Source: Haloferula sp. (GTDB lineage: Bacteria; Verrucomicrobiota; Verrucomicrobiia; Verrucomicrobiales; Akkermansiaceae). From it: DNA of 60,452 nucleotides. Both the position numbers and the translations under genes were made by a program. The stretch spans positions 1 to 60,452 of the forward strand of contig SLAV01000084.1 of the NCBI GenBank assembly GCA_007126655.1, read 5' to 3'. The notes under the pieces were generated by a model that saw only the letters and a program-made list of their open reading frames with translations, made no database searches and was not told the origin of the DNA. Of the stretch, positions 31,221 to 40,980 are shown in pieces. The stretch's first letter is position 1. The number at the start of each line of letters is the position of its first letter.

Positions 31221-31916
31221 TCAGAACGTGCGAAGGCTGGACAGTCCGCCGTCCGCACGAACGACCTGGCCGGTGATGAACGCAGCCTCGGCAGAGAGGA
31301 GGAATGCGGCGAGGGCGGCGGTTTCCCGTGCCGATCCGACGCGCTGGAGCGGGTGGCGTTTCGCGGATGCCTCGCGTTTGGCATCATTGCTCAGCAGGCT
31401 CTCCGCAAGCGGGGTGTCGGTGAGCGAGGGTGCGATGGCGTTGACCCGGATTTTAGGGGCGAGTTCGGCGGCGAGCGAGCGGGTGAGACCTTCGACCGCT
31501 CCTTTGGCCGAGGCGATTGAGGCGTGAAAAGGCATCCCCTGCGCAACAGCGACGGTGGAGAACATGACGATGGACGCATTTCCGGATGCCTTCAAAGCGG
31601 GCAGGGCCTGCTGGATGACCATGGCCGCGCCCAAGCAGTTGATCTGCAGGTCGCGCATGAAATCCTCGGCGGACAAACGGTGGAACGGCTTGAGGGTAAT
31701 GGAACCGGGGCAATAGACCAGGCCTTCGAGAGATTCCGGAAGGTCGAGCGATGGAGGATTGTCGGCATCGAATGGCTGGGTCGGCACGCTGAGCTGGTCG
31801 AGCGGTTCGGGGTGTCGCGCGGCGGCTGTGACGCGTGCACCCTTGTCCATGAGCATTTTTGTGAGTTCAAGGCCGATGCCCGAATTGCCGCCGATGATCA
31901 GATAATTCCCTTGCAT
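31221..31916 (-). CDS. SDR family oxidoreductase
   Basis: GGNSGIG, VNAIAPSLTDT, FITGQ...DGG. Confidence 0.9.
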   Translation of the reverse strand: MQGNYLIIGGNSGIGLELTKMLMDKGARVTAAARHPEPLDQLSVPTQPFDADNPPSLDLPESLEGLVYCPGSITLKPFHRLSAEDFMRDLQINCLGAAMVIQQALPALKASGNASIVMFSTVAVAQGMPFHASIASAKGAVEGLTRSLAAELAPKIRVNAIAPSLTDTPLAESLLSNDAKREASAKRHPLQRVGSARETAALAAFLLSAEAAFITGQVVRADGGLSSLRTF

Positions 31917-32085
31917 GGCGCGACATTCCGCCGCCCGACGGGGGCGTCAAACGAAAGTTCGCGGCAATGGTAGTGCCAGTTCGACACGACATGCTTGCAA
32001 AATGATCCGCAGGGCTGCAATTTCGCTGCGTATTGGACACCGTGTCCGTGCGGACGTCCGGAAAAAGACCCAGTTTCACAAAGCC

Positions 32086-33471
32086 ATGCCTCTCGTCACC
32101 GAAAAAGAACTGCCCGCCAATCTCAAGAAATACTGGCTCAAGGCTATCACCGCCATCGAGTCCAACAATCCGGGATACGCCATGCCGTTGATCCAGCCCA
32201 TCCTCGCCGAGTTTCCCGAGTTCCTGGAAGGTCGGAAAGTATTGAGGAAATGCCAGCTTCAGGTCGCCGGCGGTGAGAAGAAGCGCGGATTGTTCGGCAT
32301 GAAGACGCCGGGCATGGCGGCGATGAAGCTACAGTCCCAGGCGAAAAAGGATCCGGCGGCCACCCTGCCGTTGATCGAGAAGGAGCTGGACAAGGATCCC
32401 GCCAATGATTCCCTGAACGACCTGCTCCATGAGGTGTGTCTGAAGCTCGGTTTCATGGAGACCGCTGCCTTCGCTTTGGAGACGGTGCGGCAGACCAATC
32501 CCCAAAACCTCAAGCTGCTGCACAAGCTCGCGGAGTTCTATCTCAATAACGACGATCCGGAAAAGGCCTACGACACATTCAACTTCATCATCAAGCACCA
32601 TCCCACGGACGGCAAAGCGCTCAAGGGAGCCAAGGACGCCTCGGCCCGCGCCTCGATGCAGAAACAGAAATGGGATGAAAACTCGGACATGCGGTCGCTA
32701 CTGCGTAACAAGGAGGAGTCCGAGGCGCTCGAGAAAGCCTCGCGGACCGGCCTCACGCGTGAGCAGCTTGAGGAGCGGCGCGACGCGGTGATCGAAAAAT
32801 ACAATGCCGACCCGAACCATCTCGGCACGGCCAAGGAACTGGCGTTGCTTTACGAGCAACTGGAGGACTGGCACAACGCCCACACGTTTTACGAGTGGGC
32901 GCACAGCCTGAGCAATGGCGATGTCGCGCTGGCGACCAAGGCCGCGGAAATCAAGGACCGCGCGCTTGAGGCGGACCTGACCAATCTGGAGGCGGCGGTG
33001 GCCGCCGATCCCGACAACGAGGAACTCAAGGCCCAGCTCGATGCCCGCCGCCAGGACCGGCTCAAGGAGCAGGTTGCCGAGGCAAAGCAGCGGGTGGACC
33101 AGAACCCGACCGATCCCCAATTGCGCTACGACCTGGGTCGCGCGCTGTATAACGCCGGCGATCACTCGGCGGCCATCCCGCATCTCCAGCAGGCCACCCG
33201 CAACCCGCACATCCGCACCAAGGTGCTGTTGTTGCTGGCCCGCGCGTTCAAGGCGAAATCGATGTTCGACCTTGCGATCAAACAGCTCACCGATGCCCTT
33301 GCCGACCTCAGCACGATGGACGGCACCAAAAAAGAAATCCTCTATGAAAAAGGCATGACGCACGACGAGATGGGGGACAAGGACGCCGCGCTCGATTGCT
33401 TCAAGCAGATCTACGAGGTGGACTACGGGTACCGCGATGTCGCTCAGCGCGTCGAATCCTCTTACAGCTGA
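32086..33471 (+). CDS. Tetratricopeptide repeat protein
   Basis: Multiple TPR-like helix pairs, C-terminal YEVDYGYRDV; ATG at 32086. Confidence 0.85.
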   Translation: MPLVTEKELPANLKKYWLKAITAIESNNPGYAMPLIQPILAEFPEFLEGRKVLRKCQLQVAGGEKKRGLFGMKTPGMAAMKLQSQAKKDPAATLPLIEKELDKDPANDSLNDLLHEVCLKLGFMETAAFALETVRQTNPQNLKLLHKLAEFYLNNDDPEKAYDTFNFIIKHHPTDGKALKGAKDASARASMQKQKWDENSDMRSLLRNKEESEALEKASRTGLTREQLEERRDAVIEKYNADPNHLGTAKELALLYEQLEDWHNAHTFYEWAHSLSNGDVALATKAAEIKDRALEADLTNLEAAVAADPDNEELKAQLDARRQDRLKEQVAEAKQRVDQNPTDPQLRYDLGRALYNAGDHSAAIPHLQQATRNPHIRTKVLLLLARAFKAKSMFDLAIKQLTDALADLSTMDGTKKEILYEKGMTHDEMGDKDAALDCFKQIYEVDYGYRDVAQRVESSYS

Positions 33472-33491
33472 CCGATTTTTTTAACGCAATC

Positions 33492-34508
33492 ATGACTCTT
33501 CAAGATCTTCAGCGGCTGCACGCGCTTCCGCTCTTCGAGTTGCTCAAACAAGCCCGCGAGACCCACGAGCGGCACTGGCCCGCAGGCGAAGTGCAGTTGT
33601 GCACGCTTTTGTCGATCAAGACCGGTGGATGTTCGGAAGATTGTTCATACTGCGCGCAGTCGGCCAGATACAACAGCGGCGTGGAGGCCGGGCGCCTGAT
33701 GGAACGGGAGGCGGTCATGGAACGCGCGCTGGCGGCCAGTAAGAACGGGTCCACCCGATTCTGCATGGGCGCGGCCTGGCGCGGCGTGCGCGGCGGCACA
33801 CGGCGCTTCGAGCAGGTGCTCGACATTGTGCGCGACGTGTCCTCGCTCGGCATGGAGGTCTGCGTGACGCTTGGCGAGCTCGGCCCCGAGGAAGCCCGGA
33901 GGCTTCGCGAGGCGGGAGTGACCGCATACAACCACAACCTGGATACCTCGCCCGAACATTACCCGAACATCGTCACCACCCACACATATGACGACCGCCT
34001 GCGAACGATTCGCAACGTCCAGGACGCCGGCATGTCGGTTTGCTGTGGCGGCATTCTGGGTCTGGGCGAGACGACGATGGACCGCCTGCGGCTGCTTGAG
34101 ATCCTCGCGAACTTCAATCCGCCGCCCGAATCCGTTCCGATCAACTCGCTGATGCCGATGCCCGGCACACCGCTGGCGGAAAACCAAGCGCTCGATCCCT
34201 TCGAGCTGGTGCGCATGATCGCGCTGGCCCGCATCGCCATCCCGGGCGCCAAGGTGCGTCTGTCCGCCGGGCGCACCCGTTTGTCCGATGAGACCCAGGC
34301 GCTCTGTTTCTTCGCCGGGGCGAACTCGATATTCTACGGTGAAAAATTGCTCACCGCGAAAAATCCCGCCGTTGAGAAGGACCGGAAGCTGCTTGCGAGT
34401 TTGGGACTGCGGACTCAGGCGCCGAATCCGGGCATGGAAGCGCCGGAGGCGGATCCCGGGCGCCCCGCCGGGCCGGCCTTTGCCGAGGCCTGTGGTGCTT
34501 CCGCATGA
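33492..34508 (+). CDS. bioB: Biotin synthase
   Basis: CSEDCSYCAQS, YNHNLD, VRLSAGR, GANSIF. Confidence 0.97.
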   Translation: MTLQDLQRLHALPLFELLKQARETHERHWPAGEVQLCTLLSIKTGGCSEDCSYCAQSARYNSGVEAGRLMEREAVMERALAASKNGSTRFCMGAAWRGVRGGTRRFEQVLDIVRDVSSLGMEVCVTLGELGPEEARRLREAGVTAYNHNLDTSPEHYPNIVTTHTYDDRLRTIRNVQDAGMSVCCGGILGLGETTMDRLRLLEILANFNPPPESVPINSLMPMPGTPLAENQALDPFELVRMIALARIAIPGAKVRLSAGRTRLSDETQALCFFAGANSIFYGEKLLTAKNPAVEKDRKLLASLGLRTQAPNPGMEAPEADPGRPAGPAFAEACGASA

Positions 34509-34597
34509 TCGGAACCGAGCCGCGGCAGGTTGCTCCGGGCACCGTCGCGTCGATTAAGTTGGCAATCCGGCGTCGCCCGCCCTACGCTTGCCGCGAC

Positions 34598-35608
34598 ATG
34601 AGTCATTGTGGACCGAAAATGAAGATGGATCCGTCGCTGCACCGCGACAGGAAGCCCGATTGGATCAAAGTGAGGCTGCCGAACAACCCGGAGTTCTGGT
34701 CAACCAAATCCCTCATCACGGATTTGAAGCTGGTGACCGTTTGTGAGGAGGCACAATGCCCGAATCGCTGGGAGTGCTGGAGCCAGGGCACCGCAACATT
34801 CATGATCGCGGGTGAGAAATGCACGCGTGCCTGTGGATTCTGCGCGGTGAAGACGGCCAAGCCGGACGCGCTGGAAGAGGACGAGCCGCAACGTGTCGCC
34901 GAAGCGACACGGCGCATGGGGCTCAAGCACGTCGTGATCACCGCGGTCGCCCGTGACGACCTGAAAGATGGCGGAGCCGAGCATTTCAAACACACCATCG
35001 AAGCCGTCCGATCAGCCAACCCGGGCATCATCATCGAGGTGTTGGTGCCCGATTTCAACGACCGCGATTGGGCCTTGGAGATGGTGATGCGCGCGCGCCC
35101 GCACATTTTCAATCACAACCTGGAGACGGTCGAACGCTTGACGCCGCTGGTGCGCTCGCGGGCGAAATACCAGCGCAGCCTGACCGTGCTGCGCAAGGCC
35201 AAGGCGATGGTAGGCGGCATGGTGGCCTCCAAAAGTGGAATCATGCTCGGCTTGGGCGAACGCCGCGACGAAGTCCTGCGGGCGATGGATGACCTGTTGG
35301 AGCACGATGTGACCGTCCTCACACTTGGCCAATATCTGCGCCCGACGCCGCGGCATCTTCCGGTGGTGGAATACATCCGCCCGGAAATGTTTGAAGATTA
35401 CAAGGAAGTCGCGATTGCCAAAGGATTCAAGCACGTCGCAAGCGGGCCATTGGTACGCAGTTCGTATCATGCCGCGGATTTCCGTCCGGAGCTGGACATC
35501 ATTGAGGCGGTCGAGACCGCGTTGCGGGAGGACCGTGGCATCGAGGTTGGTCCGGAACACCTGCGGTTGCCCGAGCCGAAGAAAGGCATCCTCACAGCCG
35601 GAGTGTGA
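34598..35608 (+). CDS. lipA: Lipoyl synthase
   Basis: CEEAQCPNRWEC, CTRACGFC, RSSYHA. Confidence 0.97.
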   Translation: MSHCGPKMKMDPSLHRDRKPDWIKVRLPNNPEFWSTKSLITDLKLVTVCEEAQCPNRWECWSQGTATFMIAGEKCTRACGFCAVKTAKPDALEEDEPQRVAEATRRMGLKHVVITAVARDDLKDGGAEHFKHTIEAVRSANPGIIIEVLVPDFNDRDWALEMVMRARPHIFNHNLETVERLTPLVRSRAKYQRSLTVLRKAKAMVGGMVASKSGIMLGLGERRDEVLRAMDDLLEHDVTVLTLGQYLRPTPRHLPVVEYIRPEMFEDYKEVAIAKGFKHVASGPLVRSSYHAADFRPELDIIEAVETALREDRGIEVGPEHLRLPEPKKGILTAGV

Positions 35609-35648
35609 ACTCTGGCGCGCAAGCGAATCGCCCGAGGCCTGTCGAATC

Positions 35649-36119
35649 ATGAGATACTGGCTGATCAAATCCGAGCCCGATGTTTTCTCGATCACCGACC
35701 TTGAAAAGGCCGGCCGTGAACCATGGACGGGGGTGCGCAACTATCAGGCGCGCAACTTCATGTGGCGCGAGATGCGCGAGGGCGAGCCGACGTTGTTCTA
35801 TCACTCGAATGCCAAGCCACCGGGCGTGGCGGGCATCGCGCGTGTGGCCGGCGAGTCCTACCCGGATCCCACCCAGTTCGACCCTGCCTCGGAATATTTC
35901 GATCCGAAAGCCAGTGAGGACAAACCCCGCTGGTGGCTCGTCGATTTCGACTTCGTGGCGGCATTCGATCAACTGGTGCCGCTGGCCACCCTGAAATCGG
36001 ATCCTCATCTGGCCGACATGATGGTGTGCCGGAAAGGCACGCGGCTTTCAATCACGCCTGTCGAGGCCGCGCACTTCAAATACGTGTGCGGGCTGGCGGG
36101 CTTCCAACCACCGGACTGA
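35649..36119 (+). CDS. EVE domain protein
   Basis: YWLIKSEP, WTGVRNYQARN, FYHS, RLSITPV. Confidence 0.93.
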   Translation: MRYWLIKSEPDVFSITDLEKAGREPWTGVRNYQARNFMWREMREGEPTLFYHSNAKPPGVAGIARVAGESYPDPTQFDPASEYFDPKASEDKPRWWLVDFDFVAAFDQLVPLATLKSDPHLADMMVCRKGTRLSITPVEAAHFKYVCGLAGFQPPD

Positions 36120-36125
36120 GCCGTC

Positions 36126-36728
36126 ATGCCGGAATCACAAAATCCATCCGAGCCGGAAACGGGAGAGGGTCAAATGCCGAGCTCCCGCGAATGGCGTGAT
36201 TGGCTCGATGAATTCGGCCCCCGCCTGCTGCTTTTCGCAAGGCAGCAGACGCGCACTCACGAGGATGCCGAAGACATTCTCCAGGAGGCCCTCGTCAAGC
36301 TCGTGGATAAATTGCGCGCCGACGAGTTCGTAGGTGGCCGCGAATCGTGGATGCCCTATCTCTACACCACCCTGCGGCGTCTGGCGATCGACCTTTCGCG
36401 CCGCGACGACCGCCGCAAGCGGCGGGAGGATACCAGCAGCGCGGACAGCGAGGTTGAGCGCGATGGGGCGTATCACCCATGGTTCGAGGGCGATGCGTCG
36501 GATGACGAGACGCTCGTTCAACTCGAGCGCGCGCTCCGGGAAATTCCCGAGAAATTCGCCGAGGTGATCGTAATGAAGATCTGGGGGGAGCGCACATTTG
36601 CAGAAATCGGTGAGGCACTGGACATTTCGCAAAACACTGCGGCGTCCCGGTATCGCTATGGACTTGAAGCTTTGAAGCGCCAGTTGGGAAGCGCATTGCG
36701 GCGCGGCGATCTAGCCATTGAGCCATGA
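36126..36728 (+). CDS. ECF RNA polymerase sigma factor
   Basis: DAEDILQE region 2; TFAEIGEALDISQNTAASRYRY region 4. Confidence 0.93.
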   Translation: MPESQNPSEPETGEGQMPSSREWRDWLDEFGPRLLLFARQQTRTHEDAEDILQEALVKLVDKLRADEFVGGRESWMPYLYTTLRRLAIDLSRRDDRRKRREDTSSADSEVERDGAYHPWFEGDASDDETLVQLERALREIPEKFAEVIVMKIWGERTFAEIGEALDISQNTAASRYRYGLEALKRQLGSALRRGDLAIEP

Positions 36729-36799
36729 GACTCCCGATTCAGTGCTTAGTTTCCCAAAGCCGAACCCCGAACCGCGAACCTCAATAGAACGACTTTTCC

Positions 36800-37450
36800 A
36801 TGAGCCACGATGACGCCACCTACGAAGACGCGTTGTGCCGGATCCGACCGTGCCGCCTCGACGCACCCCTTACCCGTCGATTGATGGTCGCCATCGAGGA
36901 CGCATCGGCAACGGATCGCGAAATGGACCACGCCTTCGAGGCATCCATCGCGGTGGCGAAACCAGCGGCTCTGCCGGCTGGCCTAAAGTCGCGCCTCTCC
37001 GCGCTTGCCGATCCCGTTGTTGGATCGATGCCGACTGCCGAACCGGCCCGGGTGATGCCCATCCGGCGCTACGCGGCGGCGGCTGCCGTGGCCGCGGTCG
37101 GCGCCGCCCTCGCGTTGTTTGCACCGATCGGTGGTGATGACGGCAGGGCACAACTCACAGGCGCGAATGGGGATATGACGGATGACACGGCCTTGTCCTC
37201 AATTGCGGTGGATGCAACCCGAGTGGACCCCGGCCCGGCGATGGATCCGCGTTCGTTCGTGCCAGCGGCCTATCAGCGCGGCCTGAGCGATGCGCGTGAC
37301 GAAGGAGTCGTCTGGAGGGACAATGCCGCGCATCGGGTGTTGCGCATTGTTTACATGGACACGATCACCCTGCGGAATGAAGCCGGTGAGACCGTTGAGG
37401 TCGAGCAGCCCCGCGTGGAGTATATCGTGGTCCCGAAAAAAGTGGACTGA
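36800..37450 (+). CDS. Putative single-TM anti-sigma factor
   Basis: Follows the ECF sigma; central TM (YAAAAAVAAVGAALALF). Confidence 0.6.
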   Translation: MSHDDATYEDALCRIRPCRLDAPLTRRLMVAIEDASATDREMDHAFEASIAVAKPAALPAGLKSRLSALADPVVGSMPTAEPARVMPIRRYAAAAAVAAVGAALALFAPIGGDDGRAQLTGANGDMTDDTALSSIAVDATRVDPGPAMDPRSFVPAAYQRGLSDARDEGVVWRDNAAHRVLRIVYMDTITLRNEAGETVEVEQPRVEYIVVPKKVD

Positions 37451-37543
37451 TTCTCAGCCGCGGCACATATCGCAGTGACATCGTCAAACAATCGGGGCCG
37501 CGGGTTTCGCTCCATCAATGAAATCCTATCTTGATTGAGACCC

Positions 37544-38539
37544 ATGAAAATCCGACTCACCCATATGGCATATCTCACGGCATTCTTCGCAATGCCGGCG
37601 TCCCAAGCCTTCCAGGCACCGGCGGATGACGCGCCGCCCCCTCCTCCTGTTCAAGCCGGCGAAGCGGCACCTTCGGACCAAGTTGAACGAGACATGCCCG
37701 AGGCCGATCCGGCAGTCGGCGAACAAGCCGGTTACCTCGGCATCAATGTTTCCGGTATTCCGGACATGCTTGGCGTGCACATAGATGTCCCTGCAGGGCA
37801 GGGCGTGCTCGTTCGGGTCGTTGCTCCGGATAGTGCGGCTGACGAGGCCGGGATGCGCGTTCACGATGTGATTCTCAAGGTGGCGGGTGAGGCTGTCGCC
37901 AGCCATCAGGATGTTTCGCGAATCGTCGCCGGCCACCAGGCTGGAGAGACTGTTGAACTCGAATTCCTTCGCAAAGGCGAGAGGCAGGTTGTCGAGGCTG
38001 TGCTCGATGCCAGGCCCGCAGCCCCGATGGCCGCGCAGCCGCGCGGACGCGACGCTCACGGCCTCGGGATGAACGAAATGTTTTTCGAAGATCTGCCGCA
38101 AGACCAAGCAGCCAGGATCCGCGATATGGTTGAGCGCAACCTGCGCGCACTCCGCGAACCGGGCGGCCTCATGGAGGACGAACTGTTCAATGACGCCTTC
38201 CGCGGGATGCAGGACCAGATGCGTCAACTGCTTGAGGATCCCGAGCAATTTGCCCCACTCGATGGGGATGGGCGAGGTTTCGGCAACATCCGCATGAACG
38301 CGGGCACCACCGTCCGGCTGATGGATGCCGAGGGAAGCGTCGAACTCAAGGCAGTCGAGGATAGCAAGGAGGTTACCGTACGCGATCTGGACAACGAAAT
38401 CATCTGGACTGGCCCGTGGGATACCGACCAAGACAAGGCCGCCGCCCCAGATGACGTCCGCGAGCGTATCGAACGCCTCAACATCGAGCGATTCCAAGGC
38501 GGTAATGGTCTGAGGTTGCAATTTTTCGGGGATCGTTGA
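37544..38539 (+). CDS. Secreted PDZ-domain protein without a protease domain
   Basis: Signal peptide, GYLGI..GVLVRVVAPDSAADEAG..HDVI PDZ signature. Confidence 0.85.
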   Translation: MKIRLTHMAYLTAFFAMPASQAFQAPADDAPPPPPVQAGEAAPSDQVERDMPEADPAVGEQAGYLGINVSGIPDMLGVHIDVPAGQGVLVRVVAPDSAADEAGMRVHDVILKVAGEAVASHQDVSRIVAGHQAGETVELEFLRKGERQVVEAVLDARPAAPMAAQPRGRDAHGLGMNEMFFEDLPQDQAARIRDMVERNLRALREPGGLMEDELFNDAFRGMQDQMRQLLEDPEQFAPLDGDGRGFGNIRMNAGTTVRLMDAEGSVELKAVEDSKEVTVRDLDNEIIWTGPWDTDQDKAAAPDDVRERIERLNIERFQGGNGLRLQFFGDR

Positions 38540-38580
38540 TCAAAAGGGGCGCATCCGAAAGGCTTTGGCGCCCCGACAAG

Positions 38581-39633
38581 ATGATCCTCAAGCCACGCTG
38601 CAACGCCAAGGCGACCCGCGACCCGGACGGATTCCGCTCCGCGCTCGGCCGTTGGTTCCTCAACCACGGCCGGGATCTTCCGTGGCGTCGCATTCGGGAT
38701 CCCTATGGGGTGCTCGTCTCCGAGATCATGCTGCAGCAGACGCAGGTGGCCACCGTGCTGGCCGGGGGGTATTATACCCGGTTTCTGGAAAAATTCCCTA
38801 CGGTGGAAGTCCTTGCAGCCGCTGGCGACGACGAGTTGCTCAAGGCATGGGAAGGGCTCGGCTATTACCGGCGCGCGCGCTTGCTGAGAGATGCCGCGCG
38901 GGTCGTGATTGAGCGTCACGGCGGTCTTTTCCCCTCTGACACTGACGCGCTGCTCTCACTGCCGGGCGTTGGGCACTACACTGCCGGAGCACTTCGTGCG
39001 TTTGCATTCGACCTGCCGGCCGTTCTGGTTGATGGCAATATAGCCCGCGTCATAGCCCGGCTCAGCGATTGCCGCAATCCGATCGATACCGCGGCGGGGC
39101 GGAAAGCCGTCTGGCGTGTCGCCGGGAAACTCGCATGCCCGGAGCATTCGCGGACACACCATTCGACCTTGATGGAACTCGGCCAGCTCGTCTGCCGACC
39201 CGGAGTGCCTGATTGTCCTTCCTGCCCGGTTGCCGGTTGGTGCGCCACTCGGACGCCGGAAAAACTCCCGGTCAAACGTGGCAGGGTGGCTCTCACCGCG
39301 GTCGAAGAGCGCGTCATTTTCGCCACCGATGCGTGCGGCCGCGTCCTGCTTCATCGCGAGGACGGGAGCCGCCGCAACGGGCTTTGGAAGCTGCCACCGC
39401 TATCCGACGGCGGCATGCTCGCGCCGTGGCCCGTTATCGAGAGCGAGCAATACACCATCACACGCTACAAGGTCTCCCTCGCGGTGTATGACGCGCGCCG
39501 TTCGCGCCGCCGCATCAAGACCGCTGCGAACGAAAAATGGTTCGCGCCCGGCGAGATCGCCTCGATCGCCATGCCCTCGCCATACCGTCGAGTCATTACG
39601 AGATTGTTGGAATCCGCCGACAAATCCATGTGA
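38581..39633 (+). CDS. mutY: A/G-specific adenine glycosylase
   Basis: RDLPWR, VSEIMLQQT, WEGLGYY, LPGVG.YTA, VDGN, C-x6-C-x2-C-x5-C. Confidence 0.95.
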   Translation: MILKPRCNAKATRDPDGFRSALGRWFLNHGRDLPWRRIRDPYGVLVSEIMLQQTQVATVLAGGYYTRFLEKFPTVEVLAAAGDDELLKAWEGLGYYRRARLLRDAARVVIERHGGLFPSDTDALLSLPGVGHYTAGALRAFAFDLPAVLVDGNIARVIARLSDCRNPIDTAAGRKAVWRVAGKLACPEHSRTHHSTLMELGQLVCRPGVPDCPSCPVAGWCATRTPEKLPVKRGRVALTAVEERVIFATDACGRVLLHREDGSRRNGLWKLPPLSDGGMLAPWPVIESEQYTITRYKVSLAVYDARRSRRRIKTAANEKWFAPGEIASIAMPSPYRRVITRLLESADKSM

Positions 39634-39677
39634 CGAACGTGCGCCGCTGTGCTTGCATCAACACATCACGCCAGATC

Positions 39678-40445
39678 ATGCGTCATTTGCTTCATTGGGC
39701 CATCCTCGCTATCCTGTGCTTCGTCACAGCGGCATGCACCGTCACGCCGCCACCGCCGGACCCGACGGTTCCGGGAAGAATGGCGCGCCAGATCATGCTC
39801 GAGCGGGTCAGCGCCGTCATTGTAACCACGCGGGATGATGTGGACCGCTGGGTAGGCAACCAGTTCTCCGGTCCCGGCGAACCCGGCGACGCCGACGGTG
39901 GTTCCGCCGCACCGGTTAGCCCGGACGGGTATTTCCTCACTGCCGACCATGTGCTCGCCAATGCGGACGGGCGCAACATTTTCGTCCTATACGGTCGCGG
40001 CGGCAGGTTGGCGACCCACAAAGCGCGCGTCGTCTGGCAGTCGCCGGGGGCGGATCTCGCACTGATCCACATCGACACGGCCACTCCTTATTATTACCGC
40101 TGGACCGATCCGGGTCGTTGGCTCAGCGCCGGCCACCACGTGATCCACGGGGGCATTGCCACCGGTTTCAAGGCTCCCGTGGGCAGGCTCCGCACCTCGC
40201 TCGCTCCCGAAACCCGGTTCACCGGCTCCCGCCGGTTCAGAATCGACATCCCGCTCGAACCCGGCGACAGCGGTGGTCCGGTCCTTGATGCATACGGCGG
40301 CCTCGTGGGTATCAACTCCGCCGTCGAGTTCATCGTTCCGATGGAAACCGCCATTTTTGTTGATTCCGAGGGCAACCGTCCCTCCATTCGGCAGATCGAG
40401 GCCGTGATGCGGCGCGACCGGCAGGCGCGAAACATCCGCCGCTGA
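39678..40445 (+). CDS. Trypsin-like (S1) serine protease lipoprotein
   Basis: TAAC lipobox, LTADH, DLAL, GDSGGP; no PDZ domain. Confidence 0.88.
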   Translation: MRHLLHWAILAILCFVTAACTVTPPPPDPTVPGRMARQIMLERVSAVIVTTRDDVDRWVGNQFSGPGEPGDADGGSAAPVSPDGYFLTADHVLANADGRNIFVLYGRGGRLATHKARVVWQSPGADLALIHIDTATPYYYRWTDPGRWLSAGHHVIHGGIATGFKAPVGRLRTSLAPETRFTGSRRFRIDIPLEPGDSGGPVLDAYGGLVGINSAVEFIVPMETAIFVDSEGNRPSIRQIEAVMRRDRQARNIRR

Positions 40446-40471
40446 CACGCGTAATCCTTTTCGACAGCCAA

Positions 40472-40885
40472 ATGTTCCGCGTCCCGCAAAGCCTTCTTGT
40501 CCTGCCGCTGCTCGTGTTCGCCGGTTGCACGCCGATTACAGACAGCGTCCTCACCCGCGTCGAAGCACGGGTCGCGCACGACCAGATGATGTATGTGCGG
40601 CATTCGCCGCCGACCTTCGGTTACCAGCGGTTGATCACGATGATGCGCGACTACCCCGACCTGGCCGCATTCGTCAGCCAGCGCGGACTGCCGGATTTCC
40701 TGGCGGAGACGGGCGACCGCTCTCAGCGATACATGATCCTCTACTACCTCTCCAAGCGCCAGGCCTTCGCCTGTCGAACGATTTCCAGCCGTTCCGACGC
40801 CGTTGAATTCGCCGGTCCATATCCAATAACCGACCGCGAATATGAAACACTCAATGAAATCCGCCTGCGCTCCGCGGTGCCCTAA
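40472..40885 (+). CDS. Hypothetical lipoprotein
   Basis: FAGC lipobox. Confidence 0.65.
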   Translation: MFRVPQSLLVLPLLVFAGCTPITDSVLTRVEARVAHDQMMYVRHSPPTFGYQRLITMMRDYPDLAAFVSQRGLPDFLAETGDRSQRYMILYYLSKRQAFACRTISSRSDAVEFAGPYPITDREYETLNEIRLRSAVP

Positions 40886-40980
40886 CTGCCGTATGCCGGG
40901 TTGAACCCGCATGAAAAATCCCGGAAGAGTCCTGCTGTCATGCGGTTGGTCCGCAAAGCCGACAGGAGCCTGGTCTTGCC

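Noticed and set aside
35649-36119. EVE protein as part of a modification-dependent restriction system
   Set aside because: It is a stand-alone EVE in a housekeeping context with no nuclease partner
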